A DNA stretch of 63,005 nt, counting the filler, from Octopus bimaculoides (lineage: Eukaryota): the NCBI RefSeq assembly GCF_001194135.2. It is 6 parts of 6 records of this genome, joined end to end, with 100 filler letters (N's around TTAATTAATTAA, not from the genome) between each part and the next. Parts side by side here need not be neighbours in the genome. Positions count along the whole stretch, not along the records: positions 50,294 to 58,127 come from NC_068989.1; positions 58,228 to 63,005 come from NC_069004.1; 4 more parts are not named here. One strand, given 5' to 3'. The position numbers were made by a program, and so were the translations under genes. Below are positions 53,191-63,005 of the stretch, piece by piece. The notes below the pieces were generated by a model. It was not told the origin of the DNA and searched no databases. It was given only the letters and a program-made list of their open reading frames with translations. Within the stretch, counting starts at the first letter, position 1. Each line of letters opens with the position of its first letter.

Positions 53191-53544
53191 TAAATTTTAG
53201 TATTGGAAGAAGGGCACAAATTTGAAGAGAAGGGCAAGATTATGTGGTTAATCATACCCTTGTTGCTCGAAACCGTAGACAAATGTCTGCTATTGTAACC
53301 TCAGGTCAACCAATGCCTTCTGAAAAGAATTTGGTAAAGGAAAACTCTTGAGATAAACTGCCGTAGATACACATACACAAACACACACACACATACATAT
53401 AAGTGTATGCATATTTATTTATATGTATGTATGTATGTATGTGTGTGTGTATGTATGTATGTAGTTGAGGCAGAGAGTGATAATATTCGAGTAGTGATAT
53501 GTAAAGAAGTATACGAATAACAATAAGGAAAATGATGATGATGG

Positions 53545-53575
<31 letters not shown>

Positions 53576-53586
53576 GATGATGATGA

Positions 53587-53658
<72 letters not shown>

Positions 53659-54103
53659 TGACATGGTGGTGGTGGTGGTGGTGGTGGTGATGACGATGAC
53701 GATGACGACGATGAAGACGACCGTTGATGCCGCTACACCCAGTGATGATGATAAACATGATAACGAATGCTGCAAAATTCCAACTATCAGTTAGACCGGG
53801 AATCGAACCTCATAGCTCTTGCTAACCATCAAAAGATTTGATACCACGTACCTCCTAACATGAGACACTCCCTCTTTCTACCGTCTTATCTTTCTCCTCT
53901 CCAACCGCGCAACCTCCTTTAGCTCATCCAGCCCGTCTGGCTGCTCAGCTAGTCGTTCGATCATCTGAATCTATCTCCCAACTAACGAGAGTTCCAAATA
54001 CGTCATAAAACTGCCACTTGGCAATGTTAGATTTGTTTAACAAGCGGACGGACTTAACATTCGTAGCTCTACTGTTAGTGTCTATTCTGTTCGCATGAAC
54101 AAA

Positions 54104-54117
54104 GTTGCCTTGGCAAC
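54104..54117. promoter_or_regulatory. RFX X-box-like palindrome
   Basis: GTTGCCTTGGCAAC fits RYYNYY-WW-RRNRAC with perfect 6-bp half-sites. Confidence 0.45.
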
Positions 54118-54149
54118 ACGCTAAAAACCAAATAAATAAATAAAAAGCC

Positions 54150-54165
54150 ATGGGTGGTAGGAAAG
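54150..54165 (+). CDS. Candidate first coding micro-exon (MGGRK + 1 nt); gene unidentified
   Basis: Kozak-like GCCATGG and donor AAG|GTGAGA, 33 bp downstream of the X-box. No downstream exon could be identified. Confidence 0.25.
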
Positions 54166-54189
54166 GTGAGAGGAGATTATTTCAATTGT

Positions 54190-54221
<32 letters not shown>

Positions 54222-55821
54222 GGCGCAGTAGACTGAAAATTTAATACGTTTTTTGCTTCAATTTCCCCTGGTTTATATCGCACCACATTTGGACAATGTT
54301 GAAAATAAATATTACCAGTAATAAAAACAATTTCAAGTCAGCGTAACACCAATCGAATTATGGGAAATGAGTGGGGTTGGTGTAGTGGTGGTTGAAGCGA
54401 AGTAGAGGCGGGTATTTGGCTTTCTGGCGTTTTCCAGAAAGAGAAACTGTTTGGTAAATTAAACGATAGTCAATTGATTGTCAGAGAAATATAATATGGA
54501 CTTATTCAATTCTAAATGTTAAGATGCTGCACCTATATTGAGTCAGTAGCAGCAACATTGATAAAAGACATGAGTTTTACAATCCTTTGTGTCTTGGGTT
54601 TGAATTCTAGTAAGGTCCACTTTCCTTTTCAGACTTCTAAAATCAACAAATTGTCACACGAAAAAGAAAAAAGAAAACGTTACTAGGTTTGATGTATTCG
54701 ACAATATACCCCTTTTTTCCCCCTTTTAAACTACAGTATTCCACCATAACGGCGAAAGAGTACATATGCGTGTGTGATCAAGAAGTACACTTCGTATCAG
54801 TGACTATATGTATGTGTGTATANNNNNNNNNNNNNNNNNNNNNNNNNNNNNNNNNNNNNNNNNNNNNNNNNNNNNNNNNNNNNNNNNNNNNNNNNNNNNN
54901 NNNNNNNNNNNNNNNNNNNNNNNNNNNNNNNNNNNNNNNNNNNNNNNNNNNNNNNNNNNNNNNNNNNNNNNNNNNNNNNNNNNNNNNNNNNNNNNNNNNN
55001 NNNNNNNNNNNNNNNNNNNNNNNNNNNNNNNNNNNNNNNNNNNNNNNNNNNNNNNNNNNNNNNNNNNNNNNNNNNNNNNNNNNNNNNNNNNNNNNNNNNN
55101 NNNNNNNNNNNNNNNNNNNNNNNNNNNNNNNNNNNNNNNNNNNNNNNNNNNNNNNNNNNNNNNNNNNNNNNNNNNNNNNNNNNNNNNNNNNNNNNNNNNN
55201 NNNNNNNNNNNNNNNNNNNNNNNNNNNNNNNNNNNNNNNNNNNNNNNNNNNNNNNNNNNNNNNNNNNNNNNNNNNNNNNNNNNNNNNNNNNNNNNNNNNN
55301 NNNNNNNNNNNNNNNNNNNNNNNNNNNNNNNNNNNNNNNNNNNNNNNNNNNNNNNNNNNNNNNNNNNNNNNNNNNNNNNNNNNNNNNNNNNNNNNNNNNN
55401 NNNNNNNNNNNNNNNNNNNNNNNNNNNNNNNNNNNNNNNNNNNNNNNNNNNNNNNNNNNNNNNNNNNNNNNNNNNNNNNNNNNNNNNNNNNNNNNNNNNN
55501 NNNNNNNNNNNNNNNNNNNNNNNNNNNNNNNNNNNNNNNNNNNNNNNNNNNNNNNNNNNNNNNNNNNNNNNNNNNNNNNNNNNNNNNNNNNNNNNNNNNN
55601 NNNNNNNNNNNNNNNNNNNNNNNNNNNNNNNNNNNNNNNNNNNNNNNNNNNNNNNNNNNNNNNNNNNNNNNNNNNNNNNNNNNNNNNNNNNNNNNNNNNN
55701 NNNNNNNNNNNNNNNNNNNNNNNNNNNNNNNNNNNNNNNNNNNNNNNNNNNNNNNNNNNNNNNNNNNNNNNNNNNNNNNNNNNNNNNNNNNNNNNNNNNN
55801 NNNNNNNNNNNNNNNNNNNNN

Positions 55822-55854
<33 letters not shown>

Positions 55855-55971
55855 GCACACACATACATACATACATTCTTACATACATACAAACATACAT
55901 ATGCGCAAACATACATACATGTACACATGCATACATACATACATACATACATACATACATACATACATACA

Positions 55972-56002
<31 letters not shown>

Positions 56003-56655
56003 GTGATCTAGATAGAGTAACAGCAAATTTCTCAATAGTTCTCTTTTTTACTGATCTTCAGCTGTATGTTAACATCTGTTGGGCAGCTAATTTCCACAAC
56101 TATACAGTTTCTTTTCTCTATCCCAAATCATTACATCAGGTCTGCTGTGCTTACATTTTATTGAGGTTTTCACTGGGACATTCCACCAGTATTCCTTTTT
56201 ATTATGAGTGGCTATGGCTTCTACCATACTGTGGGTTCTTATTTCTTCGTTTTCGAGGTCATCCTTCCAATGGATTTCATTATAGCTACATCATGTCTCA
56301 TCGGTAGATAATACCATGATGACATTTTTTGACAACTGCTTGTATATGTCTCTTCTATTTTCTAATTATTATAAATTTTCCACCGAGGAGGGAGCCGGAT
56401 CTAACAAAGATACAAGTCTCCATCTTTGGGATGTAGTTAACACAGACAAATTCACATTTGGAACTTGAGAAAAGTTTTGCATATTTTTACTGTTCCACTC
56501 ACAGATTACACACGTAATGTACGAATTAGCCGGTCGATTTCTCTTTCTGAAAATATCAGTTTATCAAGATTCTCCTTTAAGCATTTACTAACAAAACCTA
56601 GTGCTCCAATTATTATTGGTATCAATATGAATTCATAGTCAGGATATAGAAGCCG
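56003..56655 (-). mobile_element. RLE-type (R4/CRE-like) LINE 3' region in permuted order
   Basis: 56655-56452 encodes LLYPDYEFILIPIIIGALG...SVSGTVKICKTFLKFQM*, followed by the 3'UTR to about 56367. Then about 56366-56003 encodes SCQKMSSWYYLPMRHD...KEYWWNVPVKTSIKCKHSRPDVMIWD...VVEISCPTDVN...LLRNLLLLYLDH. Confidence 0.85.
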
Positions 56656-56929
56656 TGTGTATGTATGTATGTATGTATGGATGGATGGATGTATGTATGG
56701 ATGGATGGATGCATACATGCTTGAAGTTCTCACAGAAGTCACAAGTTTAGGTTACTTAGAATAAAGGACTCGAAGCAAGAAGTTTGGGAGTCGAGACACT
56801 GAATCAAAAACGGGGTCCAACAAAGAATATTTCGTCGACTCACATTTTTGGTTATAGATATACACAAACGCACGCACTCGCACATAAACATACACGCACA
56901 TAATTACAAACACACACAAACGTACATAG

Positions 56930-56962
<33 letters not shown>

Positions 56963-58227
56963 NNNNNNNNNNNNNNNNNNNNNNNNNNNNNNNNNNNNNN
57001 NNNNNNNNNNNNNNNNNNNNNNNNNNNNNNNNNNNNNNNNNNNNNNNNNNNNNNNNNNNNNNNNNNNNNNNNNNNNNNNNNNNNNNNNNNNNNNNNNNNN
57101 NNNNNNNNNNNNNNNNNNNNNNNNNNNNNNNNNNNNNNNNNNNNNNNNNNNNNNNNNNNNNNNNNNNNNNNNNNNNNNNNNNNNNNNNNNNNNNNNNNNN
57201 NNNNNNNNNNNNNNNNNNNNNNNNNNNNNNNNNNNNNNNNNNNNNNNNNNNNNNNNNNNNNNNNNNNNNNNNNNNNNNNNNNNNNNNNNNNNNNNNNNNN
57301 NNNNNNNNNNNNNNNNNNNNNNNNNNNNNNNNNNNNNNNNNNNNNNNNNNNNNNNNNNNNNNNNNNNNNNNNNNNNNNNNNNNNNNNNNNNNNNNNNNNN
57401 NNNNNNNNNNNNNNNNNNNNNNNNNNNNNNNNNNNNNNNNNNNNNNNNNNNNNNNNNNNNNNNNNNNNNNNNNNNNNNNNNNNNNNNNNNNNNNNNNNNN
57501 NNNNNNNNNNNNNNNNNNNNNNNNNNNNNNNNNNNNNNNNNNNNNNTCTCACACACACACACACACACACACATACAAAATTCCATAAACATTTATCTCA
57601 TAACCCGTTCGTTATTTGGATTTGCTATTCATTCGACCAAACCAAATATTCTTAGATGCAGTTCTTACTTAAGTTTTGTTTAATTCCAGCCGTTCCTACT
57701 TACTCAATAGAACTTATATATTATATTTTAACCAAACTATGTTTTTTTCACGATTTTTGTTGCTGTTTTCATAGATTCGGTAATACAGTAAATCTAATTT
57801 AATATATTTCTTATAAAATCGTTCTTGTGTGAGAGGCTACTATTACTACGTCTACTACTACTACTACTACTATTTGAATTTGGGCTCGTCTTTTTCTCTT
57901 TAAAATTTACATATGAAGTAAATAAAAAAAATGATTCAAAAGACTGCCATGAGTTTGTATGTCTTTTTTTTTCTTTTTTTTTTTTTAGATGTTTTAATCA
58001 TTAGACTGCGGCTATGCTGGGGGTACAGCCTTGAAAGTTTTAACTGGATAAGTCGATCTTTCTGCTTATTGTAAGTCTGGTACTTATATTTAGCGAATAT
58101 TTTTACCGATATTTTGGCCGAACCGGTNNNNNNNNNNNNNNNNNNNNNNNNNNNNNNNNNNNNNNNNNNNNTTAATTAATTAANNNNNNNNNNNNNNNNN
58201 NNNNNNNNNNNNNNNNNNNNNNNNNNN

Positions 58228-58267
<40 letters not shown>

Positions 58268-58961
58268 CAGGTCTTTGGCTTTTTTGCCACACCCACCGAT
58301 AGATAACTGATGCTGGTTTGTTTATGTCTCCGTAATCGAACGGTTCAGCTTAAGTTACTTAAGATACAAGTACCAGCCTTATCAAAACCAGTACCGGCAT
58401 CGATTTATTGTTACCGTTTATGGCAGTGCTCCAGTATTGCCGCATCTCATAAAATAAAATAAAAAACAGAGATACATTATTCATAGCAGCTAATAAAGAA
58501 GACAAAAATTGTCACGTATATTTCTTAAAGGTGTTGACCTCCTATGTCGAAGAAAATAGAATAGAAATCCAATATGTCTGCTGTGTAGACACCGGCTGTT
58601 GACATAGGAAAAGTAATAAAAAAATTTACCTCATTTTCTCTCCATCTATGTCCATTGGCAGTCCCTCTTCATTAAACTTATTTCCTTCTTTCTTGTTCTT
58701 CAGTTCGTCTTTCACTTTATAACTCACACACATCTCATCTCAGTCAAGTATATAAAGTATGCGCGCATAAACCCTTTCCCATCTTATTTAATAGAGGAAA
58801 AAGAAATAATTTTCTGTGAATTTATCAGACGTTGACATTTACCTGGACAGCTTGTTGTTTCACTCTATTTTATCTTTCTTTTCTAAATACCTATTTGTTT
58901 ATTATGAACCATTTAGGGGGAGAGGCAGACCAACGATAGGATCCATATTTTATTTCACATC

Positions 58962-58996
<35 letters not shown>

Positions 58997-59334
58997 TTCT
59001 AATATCATTTCATATTTAATATCAATTTTTTTGCAGTTCATTTTAGTTCATATACTTTGCGCGCAGAAAACACACACACAGATATGCCAGATCACTATTA
59101 TCTCCCTTGTTTTCCATGTCTTGAAGCAATATCTTCCTATTTCAGTCATTTTAGCATACCTTGATTGTCTAATCGAAACATATTTTTCCTCTCCTTTCTG
59201 AACTTTCGGTACAAGGCTCAAAACATTGAAGACTTATTTTTATGAGCGCTAAACTAATACACTTTGTTTGTTGTACTTTCAACGATACTGTAGTTGTTTT
59301 TTTTTGTATATATGTGTGTGTGTTCTATTTTTTA

Positions 59335-59430
59335 GTTATTATAAATTTTCCAGAGGAGAGAGTCAGTTACCAACAATGAAATGAGGCTCCATCTTTGGGA
59401 TGTAGTTAACACAGACAAAATCACATACAT
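59335..59430 (-). mobile_element. 3'UTR tip of the same RLE LINE family as 56367-56460
   Basis: Shares TTATAAATTTTCCA and CTCCATCTTTGGGATGTAGTTAACACAGACAAA.TCACAT. Confidence 0.75.
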
Positions 59431-59810
59431 ACATACATACATACGTAAGTACTAATGTATGTATGTATGTATGTTCGTACGTATGAATGAATGTAACTAT
59501 GTATTATGTATGCATAAGTGGAGAAAAATTTGTTAGTTTTCAAACTCTATGTCATAAATGTAATGGAATTAATTTTAAGATATATTTTGACACCTAACAA
59601 ATTATCTCCAGCTATAAATATTTTAATTTTAATCCGATATAAATCATTTGTTTTAATCTCGTATTTAATTAAGCATCTACGCCCTTTCCATTCGTGGTAA
59701 AACTGGATACGTCAAACTCTCAGCTGTATAATTCCATTAGCAACGTTGGAAATATATCCTTCCCACTTTAACCAAAGCACATAGAAAGACTTATGTATGT
59801 CTGTCTGTAT

Positions 59811-59887
<77 letters not shown>

Positions 59888-60345
59888 NNNNNNNNNNNNN
59901 NNNNNNNNNNNNNNNNNNNNNNNNNNNNNNNNNNNNNNNNNNNNNNNNNNNNNNNNNNNNNNNNNNNNNNNNNNNNNNNNNNNNNNNNNNNNNNNNNNNN
60001 NNNNNNNNNNNNNNNNNNNNNNNNNNNNNNNNNNNNNNNNNNNNNNNNNNNNNNNNNNNNNNNNNNNNNNNNNNNNNNNNNNNNNNNNNNNNNNNNNNNN
60101 NNNNNNNNNNNNNNNNNNNNNNNNNNNNNNNNNNNNNNNNNNNNNNNNNNNNNNNNNNNNNNNNNNNNNAGTCGTTTCCACGGTGATCGCTATAAGCTTT
60201 CGGCTTATAAAAAATAAATTATTATTATTTACAGAATTGTATGACTCGACACCGCTTAACAAAGCCATTCGCACCGAAAGCACATAGATTTTGTGTACAA
60301 AATCAACTGCCAATTAATATATGCTTGTATGCATGCATGTATGTA

Positions 60346-60391
<46 letters not shown>

Positions 60392-60945
60392 GAATATGGC
60401 GACTGAATTAGCAGTGAATTTCAGTAGGTTTCAAGTTTCCCACGTAAACCATTTTCAGATGAAAAGTCATTGACGTTAGTTTCATTCTTCAGTGTCAAAA
60501 CATGAAGGAGGAGGAAGAGGAAGAGGAAAATGAGAAAAAGAAGGAGGAGAAGAAACAGAAGAAGAAAAAAAAAACGAAAAAGAAGAAAAAGAAAAGAAGA
60601 AGAAGAACAAGAACAAGTTGTAAAAGAAGAAAATAGGAATAATGAAGAAATGTTAAACTTTTCATAAGTGTTTTATGTAAAAGAAAAAAAGAAAGAAAGA
60701 AAGAAAGTAAGAAAGAAAGAAAGAATGAATGAATGAAAGAAGGTGATCTCGGTGTAGAAATCGAGAACTGTGTTGGAAGATTATCTGAAAATTGAAGTTA
60801 AGAAAGAATATGTAACTGGTCTGTGAGACATTTAGAGATCGATAAACAGATAGCTGTCTTATGTAATGGCTTTTGACGGTGAAATAAAGCTAAGAGCGCC
60901 GGTTTTTAATTCAGCTCAATTATTGGTGTACGGGGTATCACGTAC

Positions 60946-61262
<317 letters not shown>

Positions 61263-61579
61263 AATAATAAAACTTTATTTCAACTATTACAAAATAAATA
61301 GGAACACGTACCACTTCACTAGTAAAAATGAACAACACATGATGCAATAGAAAGTTGCTTGAAACTACGAAATGTCGAAAAATAATAGTGGTAATGACCT
61401 TGGTCACCAACGTCACCTTATCTCAGTTTCTGAGAAACAGGGGTTTCCGAAGAAACTGAGGTGGTAACAGCATAAATGAAGCTGAACATTTAACGGAAAA
61501 CCTCTCGCTCGGCAATGACTCATGAAATATTTTGACTGACAACAGCTGTTATCCTAATAGAGCATCAGGAGATAATAGA

Positions 61580-61900
61580 GTAAGGAGGAGGAAATGAACC
61601 AGCGAAGAAAGCAGGATAGTGATGCAGTGCTACTTAGAAAGTTAGCCTTAGAGAAGGGGCTACAGAAAGCGGATGTTAACACTTTGGATAGATAAAATAA
61701 TGTTTAAAGTGACTGAGCAGGGAACAGTAGATCAGGTTAATGTTATCAAGAGAAGAAAATCGATGACAAAGCTGGAGGTAGAAGAGTTCACAAGAGAACT
61801 GGAGAAGAAAGACCAGGCAGTGAGAAAGACATACAACATAAGGGATGCATCTCAAACCAAAGAAGAATCTGATGGCAAAAGTAATAATAGCGCTACCCGA
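61580..61900 (+). mobile_element. R4/Dong-clade ORF N-terminal relic
   Basis: Reads RRRK*TSEESRIVMQCYLES*P*RRGYRKRMLTLWIDKIMFKVTEQGTVDQVNVIKRRKSMTKLEVEE, matching the R4/Dong N-terminal pattern RRKW..EEN..VM.CY......RGYRKRM...W......EQRL.DQ. Confidence 0.8.
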
Positions 61901-63005
61901 AACAAGCTTCTTACCACACAGCAACGATTTGGAATTACCAGTATTTCGACAATGATTACAGCGCTGAAAATTTGGCGGGTTTTGTAGAAAAATTATGAAT
62001 ACTGAGAAAAATGAAATAAATATATGTAAAACATCATGGAATTAAATGATATTAAAATGCAAGAAAGGGTTAAATTGAACCAAAAGACAAAATAAAGAAA
62101 AGGAATCGGTTTAATAAATCAAATTTTGCTTAAATAGAAGAAAATTTGTGAGTAGGAATAGAAGAAAAATAAAGACAAATACAGAATGAACTCTTAATTA
62201 AAGAAATTCTGTTTCCTTTTTAATTTGAAATCTCACTGAGTGAATCACCTTGTGATTTTCAAGTAATATAATCTACGCAGAGAAAGGGAAATGGGAGTAA
62301 CTGAGGCGTTTTCTTATTTAACATTAAGGAATTTGAAAGGGAAAGGGAAAAATATCAGATAAGAATTGCGGAAGAGGAGGGGATTAAGGTATGCTGTAGA
62401 GATTAAGCTCAGATTTCGATAGTGAAAAAGATATTGAAATTATTCTAATTTATAAAAGGGTGATACATTTTAAGAAATCCTTTTTTTAGTATAGTTCTTT
62501 TTATATATAATATCTATGAAGATTGGAGGTGAATTTCATATATATATAATGTTTCGAATTACGATGATATTCGAAATGAATTTTAACCAGAATTTGCAGC
62601 TTGTAATTTAGACGATGATAAATTTATTAACCTTCGGTTAAAGCGAACAAAAGAGGAAATTGTTATACTGTGGAAAGAACAGTAAATGTGATATGCAACT
62701 AGTACCTATTTTCTTTTTTTTTTTTTAGTAGCATCAATGGCAGATACCGACGGATTGAAACATACGGCACATTGTACCGAATCGAAATTAATCAATGAAA
62801 TTAATACTCTATGGCGTGGCGTGAAGTCACAACATCTAATAGGTGTGAACAATTTACTCTAAAGAAAGACTTTAAGATATATGCATACGCACACTTATAT
62901 GTAAATATATGGGCACACACAAACAGAAACACATATACACATGTACATACATACGTTTATAAATGTATGATATATATATGTGTGTGCGTGTATATATGTA
63001 TATAT

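Noticed and set aside
61990-62700. Purine-rich tract possibly from an L1/Tx1-like LINE
   Set aside because: There are too many stops and no diagnostic motif I could confirm.

Overview
AT-rich, microsatellite-saturated animal DNA from a gapped draft assembly. The SINE repertoire, repeat density and TTAGGG repeats point to a coleoid cephalopod, probably Octopus (inference, not a database match). No complete or recognisable host protein-coding gene is visible, and almost every ORF in the supplied track is a microsatellite or N-gap artefact. What can be supported is a dense transposon graveyard: at least five tRNA-derived SINE families; decayed R4/Dong-type RLE LINE pieces, several sitting in (AAT)n tracts; a second RLE LINE whose 3' end appears circularly permuted; RTE, Gypsy-integrase and Penelope GIY-YIG relics; piggyBac-like MITEs; and a Helentron-type non-autonomous element split by a Gypsy-bearing insert. 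There are also several hammerhead-ribozyme-like cores (two inside foldback hairpins), an inverted telomeric array, a tRNA-Phe pseudogene and an RFX X-box next to a possible first exon. Five 100-bp gaps carry an artificial TTAATTAATTAA linker, and CpG retention in SINE copies alternates between the linked blocks. I see no clear evidence of a wholly new biological system. The best leads are the hammerhead-bearing foldbacks, the permuted LINE and the CpG mosaic.
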